From Candidatus Parcubacteria bacterium (GTDB taxonomy: Bacteria > Patescibacteriota > Patescibacteriia > Patescibacteriales > UBA12075): a DNA stretch of 64,000 bases. Below are positions 1 to 8,979 of this stretch, in pieces. The notes under the pieces were generated by a model that searched no databases, was not told where the DNA came from, and saw only the letters and a program-made list of their open reading frames with translations. Within the stretch, counting starts at the first letter, position 1. Each line of letters starts with the position of its first letter. A program made the position numbers and the translations under genes. The stretch lies in contig PKTK01000003.1 of assembly GCA_002869165.1 (NCBI GenBank), forward strand, positions 84,195-148,194, in the 5' to 3' direction.

Positions 1-78
1 GTTGATAAAGTAAGCGGGAAGAACAAGAGTAATCAGGTGAGTGCTTATACGGTGTTTGCAGTTAAGTAAATAGTTGTT

Positions 79-173
79 CTTTTTGTCATTCCTGCGAAGG
101 CAGGAATTCAGACAAATAATACGATTGATCCCGGGTTCCTTCCGCTTCGCTTCAGGCCCCAGGGTGACAAAGG
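79..173. repeat. GC-rich palindromic repeat units, copy 1 of a dispersed family (other copies at 35232-35399 and 42295-42337)
   Basis: The stretch is G+C-rich within an AT-rich spacer. TTTTTGTCAT is followed by a perfect 8-bp hairpin, ATTCCTGC-GAAG-GCAGGAAT (88-107). A second unit runs 127-173: GATCCCGGGTTCC..TCCGCTTCGCTTCA..GGCCCCAGGGTGACAAA. The 14-mer TCCGCTTCGCTTCA (141-154) recurs exactly at 42308-42321. GATCCCGGGTTCC (127-139) and GGCCCCAGG (155-163) recur at 35361-35373 and 35381-35389. Confidence 0.6.
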
Positions 174-181
174 CAAATAAT

Positions 182-1312
182 ATGAAATTATATATAATAA
201 ACAATGTTAGGATGCCGACTGAGAAGGCACACGGATTTCAGATTGCAAAAATGTGTGAGAGTTTTGCGCTTCAAGGGGAGATAGTTGAGTTGATAATACC
301 AAGGCGGGATAATTTTATCAAAGAAGATATTTTTGATTATTATAATGTTGAGAAGAATTTTGAAATAAAACATTTGGATTCTTTTGATTTTTTTAAATTA
401 GAAAAGTTTATCGGTTCTAAATTGGCTTTTTATTTACAGAGCCTAGCATTTAAGTTCAAAGTTGGAAAGTTGAAAGTTGAAAGTAATGGAGTGGTGATGA
501 CTCGTAATCCGGAAATAGTTAGAGTTTTGAAAAAGAAAAAAATAAAAGTATTTTATGACGCACATCGTTGGCCTGAAACTAAGAGACAAATATTCAAGCA
601 CATGCTTAAGAATGTTGATGGGGTGATTTGTAACTCGATTGGTACAGCGCAAGCTTTTAAGGGTAATGGTTTTGTAAACATACTTGTTGCTCCGAACGGA
701 GTTGATTTAAAAGAATATAAGAAAGATGTTGATAAAACAGAAATAAAAAATAAATACAAGCTTCCACTTGATAAGAAAATATTAATGTATGTAGGCCATC
801 TCTATGATTGGAAAGGAGTAGATACTGTTATGGAGGCAGCTAAAGAAGTCGAGAACAAAGACTTGGTATTTGTTTTTGTGGGAGGTACTAAGAAGGATAT
901 TGAAAACTACAAATCAATCTCCAAGGAAAATAATTTAGAGAATGTGATATTCCTTGGACATGTAAAAAAAACGGAAATCGCTTTTTTGCAAAAAACAGCC
1001 GATGTTTTACTACTTCCCAATAAACCAATAAATAGAGAGTCGGAAAAATACACTTCACCGATTAAAATGTTTGAATATATGGCTAGTGGAGTAGTAGTAT
1101 TGGCCTCAAATCTTTCAAGTATTAGAGAGGTTTTGAACAAAAAAAATGCTATTCTTTTTCAAGCCGACAATTTGAAAGATTTTTTGGACAAAATTAACAT
1201 TATTTTTTCAAACAATGAAAAAGCCAAAGAATTGAGTAAGCAAGCCCTAATTGATGTAAGGAAATACTCCTGGGAAGAGCGAGCAAAAAAAATTATAAAT
1301 TTTGTTAATTAA
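182..1312 (+). CDS. glycosyltransferase family 4 (GT-B, group 1)
   Basis: This is ORF 74-1312. The ATG at 182 gives MKLYIINN.., a typical GT4 N-terminus. The C-terminal half has Glycos_transf_1-like segments (VGHLYDWKGVD, SPIKMFEYMASGVVVLAS). Codons 74-181 merely translate the GC-rich repeat. Confidence 0.85.
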   Translation: MKLYIINNVRMPTEKAHGFQIAKMCESFALQGEIVELIIPRRDNFIKEDIFDYYNVEKNFEIKHLDSFDFFKLEKFIGSKLAFYLQSLAFKFKVGKLKVESNGVVMTRNPEIVRVLKKKKIKVFYDAHRWPETKRQIFKHMLKNVDGVICNSIGTAQAFKGNGFVNILVAPNGVDLKEYKKDVDKTEIKNKYKLPLDKKILMYVGHLYDWKGVDTVMEAAKEVENKDLVFVFVGGTKKDIENYKSISKENNLENVIFLGHVKKTEIAFLQKTADVLLLPNKPINRESEKYTSPIKMFEYMASGVVVLASNLSSIREVLNKKNAILFQADNLKDFLDKINIIFSNNEKAKELSKQALIDVRKYSWEERAKKIINFVN

Positions 1313-1313
1313 T

Positions 1314-2009
1314 ATGAAATTTGATAAGTTATCTATTATTATTCCGGTATTCAATGAACGAGAAACAATTGAAAAAATTCTTCGAAATATTGAAGAGGCT
1401 GATTTAGGAGTTGAGAAGGAACTTATCATTGTTGATGATGGTTCGGTGGATGGCACAAGAGAAATACTTGAAGGACTTGAATATAAGTACAGAATAATTT
1501 ACCACGACAAGAATAGGGGAAAGGGAGCAGCAATGCGAACTGGCATAGATTCAGCAACAGGAGACTTTATAGTTCCTCAGGATGCAGACACCGAATATGA
1601 CCCGCTAGATCTTCGAGCTTTGATTGAAAGCGCTAAGCATAATAAGGCAAAAGCAGTATTTGGTTCAAGAAGACTTGGAAGAGCCAAGAAGAAAAACGTA
1701 AAAGCAGGTTGGTCTTATTATTTGGGAGGAGTGATGCTTACTTGGATTACAAACATTCTTTATGGCACACGTATCACCGATGAGCCTACTTGCTATAAGT
1801 TGGTAGACAGAGAACTTATAAGTAGCTTCGAGATTGAATCGCAAGGCTTTGAGTATTGTCCAGAAGTGACTGCGAAGATTGCTAAGAGGAAAATTAAAAT
1901 ACATGAAGTGCCTATTTCATATAATCCTAGAAGTATAGCAGGGGGAAAGAAGATAAGACCTAAGGATGGTTTAGTTGCAATTTGGACATTATTAAGATAT
2001 AGACTTTAA
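1314..2009 (+). CDS. glycosyltransferase family 2, soluble polyprenyl-phosphate-sugar-synthase-like
   Basis: GT2 motifs are present: LSIIIPVFNE, VDDGSVDGT and QDADTEYDP (DXD). The ATG at 1314 lies directly after the upstream TAA (1310-1312). The track ORF begins at a TTG at 1302. Confidence 0.85.
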   Translation: MKFDKLSIIIPVFNERETIEKILRNIEEADLGVEKELIIVDDGSVDGTREILEGLEYKYRIIYHDKNRGKGAAMRTGIDSATGDFIVPQDADTEYDPLDLRALIESAKHNKAKAVFGSRRLGRAKKKNVKAGWSYYLGGVMLTWITNILYGTRITDEPTCYKLVDRELISSFEIESQGFEYCPEVTAKIAKRKIKIHEVPISYNPRSIAGGKKIRPKDGLVAIWTLLRYRL

Positions 2010-2010
2010 T

Positions 2011-2580
2011 ATGGCAAGAAAAGAATTCAATAGACTTGATAAATTTATAAGTTATTTAAGACTGATAAAAATAAAAAAATATATTAAGAAAAATTCAAGT
2101 ATATGTGATTTTGGGTGTGGTAATGGGGATTTGTTGGTAAAATTGCATGAAGAATTTGACTTTAAATTGGCGATTGGTGTTGACGCCTTTGCTAGTTTAA
2201 GCGAACACAAGAAAATAAAATTTATTAAGAAAGATATTAGTGACACAGGTTTGGAGGATGAGGAATACGACACATTGTTAATGCTGGCTCTTATTGAGCA
2301 TATTGATTTAAATAAAGTGGACAAAGTATTATCTGAGGCATATAGAATAATTAAACCTGGTGGAAAGATTATTTTGACCACACCAACTCCAATAGCAAAA
2401 CCAGTACTAGAGTTTATGGCATTTAAATTAAAAATTATTTCTAGTGACGAAATAAAAGACCATAAACACTATTATTCTCTTGGTGAATTAAGCAACTTAT
2501 TGATAAAAAGAAATTTTAAAAAAGTAAGTACAAAGCATTTTCAATTTAGAATGAATGCATTATATGTATTTGAGAAGTAG
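2011..2580 (+). CDS. class I SAM-dependent methyltransferase
   Basis: It has the glycine-rich SAM motif ICDFGCGNGD and the post-II/III segments LMLALIEHI and IIKPGGKIILTTP. It is tightly packed in the + strand operon. Confidence 0.8.
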   Translation: MARKEFNRLDKFISYLRLIKIKKYIKKNSSICDFGCGNGDLLVKLHEEFDFKLAIGVDAFASLSEHKKIKFIKKDISDTGLEDEEYDTLLMLALIEHIDLNKVDKVLSEAYRIIKPGGKIILTTPTPIAKPVLEFMAFKLKIISSDEIKDHKHYYSLGELSNLLIKRNFKKVSTKHFQFRMNALYVFEK

Positions 2581-2583
2581 GAT

Positions 2584-4008
2584 ATGAATTATCAGGATAT
2601 TACAAAGAAAATAAGGGAATATAAATATTGGATATTACTAATTTTTGTTTTTATTTTAGTTAGAATAATTGTTGCAGTTGCTTATTATTTTGCAAATCTT
2701 GATATCGGTGGCTGGAATAACATATATGCTTATACTGACCTTTCTTACAATGTTGTTACAATGAAGCACCTGTTTAAGGCGACTTGTGGAGGCCTGCCAT
2801 TTTATTTCGTGTTTACTTCATTTGTGCAAGCAATATATGATAGTCATTGGTCTGTATATGTAGCGCAAATATTTGCAACTTTTTTTACATTTTATTTTAG
2901 CTATAAATCAATTAGATTGTATTTCTCAAAAAATGTTGCTGTGGCAACTTTGTTGTTGTTGGTGATTGACCCTTTTTATGCTTGGTATAATTTTATGTTT
3001 GCTAGTGGTAACCTTTTTTGTTTGTTTTTTGCTAGTGGTCTTTATAATTTTTTGTTGTTTATTAGAAATAAACAAACAAAAAATCTTGTTTATTTTAGTC
3101 TTTTGATTTCTATTTCTGTTTTAGTAAGAGCTACAGGCATATTATTGATACAAGTTTTTTCAGTTATCTTTATAATATTATTTTTTTATTATAAGTTTTT
3201 TGAAAAAGAAAAAAATTTTTTTGGGGTTAAAACTTTACTGTTATCAATTTTATTTATGAATTTTTGCTATGCTTTATTTGTGGGTGGAGCGGTTATAAAA
3301 AATAAAATTGACTACAATGATTATCGCTTGGCCCCGGACTTAATGACTAATGTTTATTTTTTTAATGTACCAGAGTTATTATCTCTCCAAGAAGGCATCA
3401 GTAATGGTGAGGCAAGAAAAAGACTTACTGATATAGCTAGTCGAGAAATTGATTTTAATATAACTAACATAGGCGATTGCAATAGTATGGGGCAGGAGAA
3501 ATTTAACTTATTTCTTGACTATGTAAATAAAGAAGGGAAGAAATATATTTGGGAGAATTGGTTTGCTTATTCAAAAATTCATTTTTATAAAATGATACCC
3601 TATTATCTGCAATCAGGATATTTTCAGATGTATGAAGGTTATTTTGGTTCAAAGAAAAAACCAAATATTAGCTCTGCAATAATGAATGGTGAGATAAAGG
3701 TGGTATTTGATTTTGTAAAGAAGTTTAATGCACCTGTTGCAATTTATTTCTTTGGTATAGCGTATTGGGGTCTAGCATCTTTTTCAATGTTTTTTACTTT
3801 AATATATTCCTGGTTTAAGGACAGGGAAAAGTTTGTATATATATTAATAATTAATATTTTAACTTTATATTTGGCTTTTACGGTTTCGCCATTTATTATG
3901 CCTAGATACAAGATCATTGCTTATCCTTTTTTCTTGCTATCTTTGATGTATTTTATTAGCATTGTGTTGAATTATATAAAATCACATAAAATAAGAGAAA
4001 AACTATGA
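2584..4008 (+). CDS. polytopic membrane protein, possible GT-C-type (ArnT/PMT-like) glycosyltransferase
   Basis: The 474-aa protein is very hydrophobic, with many predicted TM helices and one larger loop (about aa 245-330). It sits between polyprenyl-P-sugar-type GT2 genes. The family assignment is inference. Confidence 0.6.
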   Translation: MNYQDITKKIREYKYWILLIFVFILVRIIVAVAYYFANLDIGGWNNIYAYTDLSYNVVTMKHLFKATCGGLPFYFVFTSFVQAIYDSHWSVYVAQIFATFFTFYFSYKSIRLYFSKNVAVATLLLLVIDPFYAWYNFMFASGNLFCLFFASGLYNFLLFIRNKQTKNLVYFSLLISISVLVRATGILLIQVFSVIFIILFFYYKFFEKEKNFFGVKTLLLSILFMNFCYALFVGGAVIKNKIDYNDYRLAPDLMTNVYFFNVPELLSLQEGISNGEARKRLTDIASREIDFNITNIGDCNSMGQEKFNLFLDYVNKEGKKYIWENWFAYSKIHFYKMIPYYLQSGYFQMYEGYFGSKKKPNISSAIMNGEIKVVFDFVKKFNAPVAIYFFGIAYWGLASFSMFFTLIYSWFKDREKFVYILIINILTLYLAFTVSPFIMPRYKIIAYPFFLLSLMYFISIVLNYIKSHKIREKL

Positions 4009-4679
4009 AAATTTCTATAGTATTACCAATTTATAATGAAGAAAAAAACATCCCTATTCTTTATCAAGAGTTAAAAGAGGTATTCAATAAAACGGGCTTT
4101 GACTATGAGATAATTGCAGTTAATGATGGATCAAAAGATAAGTCTTGGTTAGAAATGAAAAATATTTCTGAAACTGATAGAAAGTATAAGTTGATAAATT
4201 TTAAATATAATTTTGGTCAGACCTCTGCCTTAGCTGCTGGCATTAAGCTAGCAAGTGGAGATGTAATAATTCCTATGGATTCAGACTTACAAAACGATCC
4301 GGCTGATATCCCAATATTTATAGACAAAATAAACGAAGGCTATGATGTAGTATCCGGTTGGAGACAGAAAAGATGGAAGGGAAACATGTTTTCAAGAAAA
4401 ATCCCGTCTGTTATAGCTAATTGGTTGATCGCTTTTATTACAGGAATAAAAATTCATGATAATGGTTGCACAATGAAAGCTTATAAGAGAGAAATAATTC
4501 AAGGTGTTAACCTATATGGAGAAATGCACAGATTTGTTGCTGCATATGCTTCTTGGAGAGGAGGTAGGGTGATTGAAATCATTGTAAATAGTCGCGAGAG
4601 AAAATACGGAAATACTAATTATGGTATCTCAAGAACATTTAAGGTTTTACTTGACTTAATTGTGTTTAAATTTATGTAA
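4005..4679 (+). CDS. GtrB/ArnC-like GT2 polyprenyl-phosphate glycosyltransferase, catalytic part (ends at in-frame TAA 4677-4679)
   Basis: Motifs ISIVLPIYNEE, AVNDGSKD and PMDSDLQNDP (DXD) are present. The ORF stops at ..LDLIVFKFM*, exactly where family members continue into the juxtamembrane and TM segment. Confidence 0.8.
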   Translation: MKISIVLPIYNEEKNIPILYQELKEVFNKTGFDYEIIAVNDGSKDKSWLEMKNISETDRKYKLINFKYNFGQTSALAAGIKLASGDVIIPMDSDLQNDPADIPIFIDKINEGYDVVSGWRQKRWKGNMFSRKIPSVIANWLIAFITGIKIHDNGCTMKAYKREIIQGVNLYGEMHRFVAAYASWRGGRVIEIIVNSRERKYGNTNYGISRTFKVLLDLIVFKFM

Positions 4680-4685
4680 AAATAT

Positions 4686-4952
4686 ATGAACAGGCCAATG
4701 CATTTTTTTGGTGGCCTGGGCTTTGCATCAATTTTTTTAGGTATTTTGGCAGGCTTAATATCAATCATTTTTAAGATTATTAAATATAAAACCATGATTG
4801 AAACCCCTCTACCAGTTTTGGCTGCTTTGTTTATCATAGTTGGAGTTCAGCTTGTTGTTATGGGAGTTATTGCTGAAATGAATATGCGAATATATTATGA
4901 AGCTCAAAAAAAGAGTCCATATGTAATAGATAAGAAAATTAATTTTGAATAG
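4686..4952 (+). CDS. C-terminal two-TM segment of the same GtrB/ArnC-like GT2 (same frame as 4005-4679)
   Basis: The sequence MNRPMHFFGGLGFASIFLGILAGL.. followed by a second TM helix is the canonical C-terminus of GtrB-type enzymes. It is in the same frame as the upstream piece and only three codons (TAA AAA TAT) separate them. Confidence 0.7.
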   Translation: MNRPMHFFGGLGFASIFLGILAGLISIIFKIIKYKTMIETPLPVLAALFIIVGVQLVVMGVIAEMNMRIYYEAQKKSPYVIDKKINFE

Positions 4953-4953
4953 T

Positions 4954-6861
4954 ATGTGTGGTATAGCCGGCTTCTACGGGAAGGGTAGTAGTGACAATTT
5001 ACTTAAGATGACTGATGCATTAGAGCATCGGGGCCCTGATGATAGAGGGCATTTTAGTGATGGCTTGGTCGGGCTTGGGCAGAGGCGTCTGTCTATTATT
5101 GATACTAGCAGAAATGGGCATCAACCAATGAGTAATGAAGATGAGTCTGTTTGGATTGTGTTTAATGGTGAGATATATAATTTTTTGTCATTGAAAGACA
5201 GACTTAAACAAAAGCATTGTTTTAAAAGCAGTAGTGACACAGAGGTTATTTTACATTTATATGAGGAAATAGGTGAAGAAGTTTTTTCTTTGCTTGAGGG
5301 AATGTTTGCAATTGCTATATATGACAAAGAAAAGGAAGAATTGTTCTTAGCAAGAGATAGAATGGGTAAGAAACCTCTTTACTATCATCTGAATGGTAAT
5401 TCTATTATTTTCGCTTCAGAGCTAAAAGCATTGGTTAAACATAGAGATTTTGTCAAAGAGTTGAATCATGAATCGCTTAAAATGTATTTGTTTTATGAGT
5501 ATATACCGACCCCCAATTCAATATACAAGAATACTTACAAACTTGAACCAGCAACTTATTTAAAATTTAAACACGGTAAACAAAGCAAACGAAGATTTTG
5601 GAACATGTCATTTTCCAGACAAGAAGTTGGTAACGAAAAAGAGGCTTTGCTAAAACTAGACACAGCTATAAACGATTCAGTGAAAGACAGACTGGTGAGT
5701 GATGTTCCTCTTGGGATTCTTCTAAGTGGAGGCATAGATTCTAGTGCTATATGTTATTATGCGCAAAAAAATAGCAGCAGTAAGGTTAAGACTTTTTCAA
5801 TAGGGTTCAAGGAATCAAGTTTTGACGAATCAAACTACGCTAGAGAGGTTGCGAATCATCTTGGAACAGATCATCACGAAGCAATTTTGAGCGCCAATGA
5901 TTCAATTGACTTGATTGAAAAAATCGGAGATGTATTAGATGAACCAATGGCAGATCAGTCTATTTTGCCTACTTATCTTTTGTCGAGATTTACTAAAGAA
6001 AACGTAACAGTAGCGCTTGGCGGAGATGGTGGTGACGAGCTTCTTGGAGGCTATGATACTTTTGTAGCACACAGACTAGCCGAGTTTTATGAGAAAATGC
6101 CAAGTTTCATGAGAGGGGAGTGGCTCAAGGACATAAGCTCCAAGCTTCCAACTTCTTTTTCCAATTTAAGTCTAGATTTTAAAATAAAAACATTTTTAGA
6201 TGGCTTTGAGGGTGAGAAAAAATACAGAGACGCCAGGTGGATGAAGGCATTTGATGTTAATGAGGGAAGTATGTTTGCAAGTAGACTAAAAGATGAAATA
6301 AAGGGCTTTAATGAATTTTTGCCAATTGATAAATATGGAGAAGAATTTGAGCAAATCAATTCGAGCGTTGGTTTTCAAAAACATTTTAATTTTTTGACTT
6401 ATCTGTATCTTCGAATGTATATGATGGATCAAGTTTTAGTAAAGGTAGATAGGGCCAGCATGGCTAATTCGCTTGAAGTAAGAGCGCCTTTACTTGATTC
6501 TAGGGTTGTTGATCTGTCTCTGAGTCTGTCACACAAGTACAAGCTTAGGCCTTTTGCTTGGCCGTATGTATTCGAGACAAAGTATATTTTCAGAAAATTG
6601 ATGCAAGACAAGTTGCCTAATGATATTGTGTGGCGCAAGAAAAAAGGTTTTGGCGTGCCAATGGCTGAGTGGTTGAACGGACCGTTGGAGGAATTGGTAA
6701 AAGAGAAATTGTCCAAAAGAAGAATAGAAGAACAGGGAATATTTGATTATAATTTTGTGAATAATTTAATTACAGACCATAAAAAAAAGAAACAAGACCT
6801 AAGAAAACCGATTTGGACTTTGTTGATGTTTCAGTTGTGGTTTGATAGATGGATGAAATAA
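4954..6861 (+). CDS. asnB: asparagine synthase (glutamine-hydrolysing)-type amidotransferase
   Basis: The N-terminal MCGIAG supplies the catalytic Cys after Met removal. The SGGIDSS PP-loop is present. The length is about 635 aa. The ATG at 4954 is preferred over the track start at 4945 so that Cys is residue 2. Confidence 0.9.
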   Translation: MCGIAGFYGKGSSDNLLKMTDALEHRGPDDRGHFSDGLVGLGQRRLSIIDTSRNGHQPMSNEDESVWIVFNGEIYNFLSLKDRLKQKHCFKSSSDTEVILHLYEEIGEEVFSLLEGMFAIAIYDKEKEELFLARDRMGKKPLYYHLNGNSIIFASELKALVKHRDFVKELNHESLKMYLFYEYIPTPNSIYKNTYKLEPATYLKFKHGKQSKRRFWNMSFSRQEVGNEKEALLKLDTAINDSVKDRLVSDVPLGILLSGGIDSSAICYYAQKNSSSKVKTFSIGFKESSFDESNYAREVANHLGTDHHEAILSANDSIDLIEKIGDVLDEPMADQSILPTYLLSRFTKENVTVALGGDGGDELLGGYDTFVAHRLAEFYEKMPSFMRGEWLKDISSKLPTSFSNLSLDFKIKTFLDGFEGEKKYRDARWMKAFDVNEGSMFASRLKDEIKGFNEFLPIDKYGEEFEQINSSVGFQKHFNFLTYLYLRMYMMDQVLVKVDRASMANSLEVRAPLLDSRVVDLSLSLSHKYKLRPFAWPYVFETKYIFRKLMQDKLPNDIVWRKKKGFGVPMAEWLNGPLEELVKEKLSKRRIEEQGIFDYNFVNNLITDHKKKKQDLRKPIWTLLMFQLWFDRWMK

Positions 6862-6866
6862 TTTTT

Positions 6867-6898
6867 GTTACAATTTAAATTGCATTTTAAATTGTAAC
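6867..6898 (+). terminator. AT-rich 13-bp perfect hairpin after asnB (putative intrinsic terminator)
   Basis: GTTACAATTTAAA-TTGCAT-TTTAAATTGTAAC starts 6 nt after the asnB stop and is followed by T-rich sequence. It lies in the only sizeable gap (6862-7055) of this gene run. Confidence 0.4.
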
Positions 6899-7055
6899 AT
6901 TTATATTTAGAATTTTTTTTAAATTATTAAAATCATACTTGTTAAAATATGTATTTATTGCTAAAATTTGAAGATAAAATAAAGGCATTATTTAACCATA
7001 GAGAAACTATGGAATGTTTTATTTTTTGAATTGATATAGTTTAACTGTATTTTAT

Positions 7056-8969
7056 ATGTTTTTTTTGTTGTTAAAATTAATTTTCTTCGTTTTAATAATA
7101 GTTTTTTTTGCTTGGCAATTTTTACGTGTAGTTTTGAAGCAAAACGAGATATTTTTATTGTTACCTTTTTCATTCGGTTTGGGCATTATCTTCTACACTT
7201 TTTTTGTAAATGTTATTTCTTATTTTATAGATGTGCGAATAAGCTTTTGGTTAGTTTTATTTATAATGTTAGTATTGGCTATTTTTTTGCGATTCAAAAA
7301 GAGAAGCTACTTAATATTGGGTATAGACAAGAAGACTTTTTTAAATATAGCTGTTTTTAGCTTTTTATTTGGCAGCGTATTTGCTTTGATAATATTAAAT
7401 AATTATGCCTATGACGAAGAGTGGCATGTTGGTATAATAGCTACTATCTCAAATGGAAATTTTCCAGTAATGTCTACCTACATTCCAGATATTTTTATGC
7501 GGTATCATTACGCATTTGATCTTTTCGCTGCGTCATTGAAATCAATTTTGTCTATTTCTGTGGTTTTGTCATCTGACTTGGCAATGATATTGATTTTTTT
7601 GCAAATATTTTGGTCAATTTTTGTTGTTGTTAAAAAAATCACTAATAATACTTTAGCCGCCTGGCTTTCATCTTGGTTATTATTTTTTGCAAGTGGTTTT
7701 AGATATTTAACAGCACTTGAGCAAATAGAATGGTCAAAGGGAAAGTATCTTTGGGATTATGTTGGGCAATTTTTAACAGCCTTTTTCTCAGTAAAGCCTA
7801 TGAGTCCAGGGCTATTTCATTCGTTCAGCGTAGATAGTTTGGGTGTGCTAATGTATCATAGACCTACATTGTTTGCGACATTAGTAATGATATTTGTGTT
7901 TTGGCTCATATACCTTGAGCATAAAAGAGGTAAGTTCTTATACCAAATAATACTTGCTTTGTTGTTAGCGTTTTTAGCTCTATCAGCAGAAACATGGTTT
8001 GTGTTAGTTGCGTTTTCTTGGGGTTTGTGGAAGACATTGATTTTATTTAATAGTAAAAACAAAAAGAGTCTTGTGTACACAATAGTATCAGTAACTTTAA
8101 TTACTTCTTTTGTAGTAATATTTCAAGGCGGTGTGATTTCAGATATTTTACTTCATGGAGATGAAGGGACGACTGATGAAAGCATGGGAACTTTTGTTGT
8201 TCGTAAAGTGCCGGGTCTTATATCTTATGGAATTATATATCCATTTACAGAATTCAAGTCTTGGGTAGTTTTGTTTTTGGAGTGGGGTGTTGTACTCATG
8301 TTGTTTCCTTTTGTTATAAGGCATGCGATAAAAAAGAAAGATGTTTTGCTTTATTATTTTTTAACAATTGTTTTTGTCGCTCTTTCGATTGGTTTTTGGT
8401 TGGATTATCCAGTGGCAAGCAGAGACTTGGTGCGAGTAAATCATTTAGCATTTTTTATAATGTCTATATTAGCAGGGATGTATTTACCTTATTTATTAAA
8501 AGAAAGAAAAAAAATATTAGCTTTTGTTATTATAATTATTTCTATTTCTCCTCTAATGTATAACCTTCGAATAATACCAGCTAAATTGCAAGCAAAAAAT
8601 ATTCAGATTAGTTATCCTGATAGAGAAAATGAATATTTAGTATCCAAGGAAATAAAAAAATATTTAATTGAAGAAGGGGCAGTGCTCACCGCCACGCCTT
8701 ACATGATAATTCCTTATTGGGAGAGACAGGTATATTGGGGAAACCCAGAGGTTGATGTTGTGTTTAATAGGGAAGTTGATAATAATTTCAAGAAACTAAT
8801 AGAAGAAAAGGATTTGAATTATATACGATCCAGGGGTGTTAAATATATTTATGTAAATAAAAAATTTAAAGAGCTAGTTGGTAATTATTTTATTGAGAAT
8901 AATAAAGACAGTTTAGAGGAAGTGTATAATAAAGACAATGAGTATGTGGTATATAAAATAGATAAATAA
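7056..8969 (+). CDS. large polytopic membrane protein with C-terminal soluble domain, GT-C-like (putative)
   Basis: The 637-aa protein has more than 12 hydrophobic helices followed by a roughly 130-aa hydrophilic C-terminus. Its architecture parallels 15734-17482. Function is inferred from context only. Confidence 0.6.
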   Translation: MFFLLLKLIFFVLIIVFFAWQFLRVVLKQNEIFLLLPFSFGLGIIFYTFFVNVISYFIDVRISFWLVLFIMLVLAIFLRFKKRSYLILGIDKKTFLNIAVFSFLFGSVFALIILNNYAYDEEWHVGIIATISNGNFPVMSTYIPDIFMRYHYAFDLFAASLKSILSISVVLSSDLAMILIFLQIFWSIFVVVKKITNNTLAAWLSSWLLFFASGFRYLTALEQIEWSKGKYLWDYVGQFLTAFFSVKPMSPGLFHSFSVDSLGVLMYHRPTLFATLVMIFVFWLIYLEHKRGKFLYQIILALLLAFLALSAETWFVLVAFSWGLWKTLILFNSKNKKSLVYTIVSVTLITSFVVIFQGGVISDILLHGDEGTTDESMGTFVVRKVPGLISYGIIYPFTEFKSWVVLFLEWGVVLMLFPFVIRHAIKKKDVLLYYFLTIVFVALSIGFWLDYPVASRDLVRVNHLAFFIMSILAGMYLPYLLKERKKILAFVIIIISISPLMYNLRIIPAKLQAKNIQISYPDRENEYLVSKEIKKYLIEEGAVLTATPYMIIPYWERQVYWGNPEVDVVFNREVDNNFKKLIEEKDLNYIRSRGVKYIYVNKKFKELVGNYFIENNKDSLEEVYNKDNEYVVYKIDK

Positions 8970-8979
8970 ATAATATTTT

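Noticed and set aside
1-69. An open frame from the window edge to TAA at 67-69 (..VDKVSGKNKSNQVSAYTVFAVK*), possibly the 3' end of an upstream gene.
   Set aside because: Only 22 codons are visible and there is no recognisable motif. That is too little evidence to report as a feature.
74-181. N-terminal extension of the first glycosyltransferase (track ORF starts at 74).
   Set aside because: The extension translates the GC-rich repeat and does not resemble a GT4 N-terminus. The ATG at 182 gives the canonical MK(L/I)..I start.
7112-8563. Same-strand alternative-frame ORFs inside larger genes (7112-7360, 8261-8563, 15804-15986, 51467-51670, 60875-61129).
   Set aside because: They are fully nested in longer ORFs with coherent membrane-protein or chaperone sequence. 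Their own translations are Cys/Phe-rich nonsense typical of off-frame AT-rich DNA.
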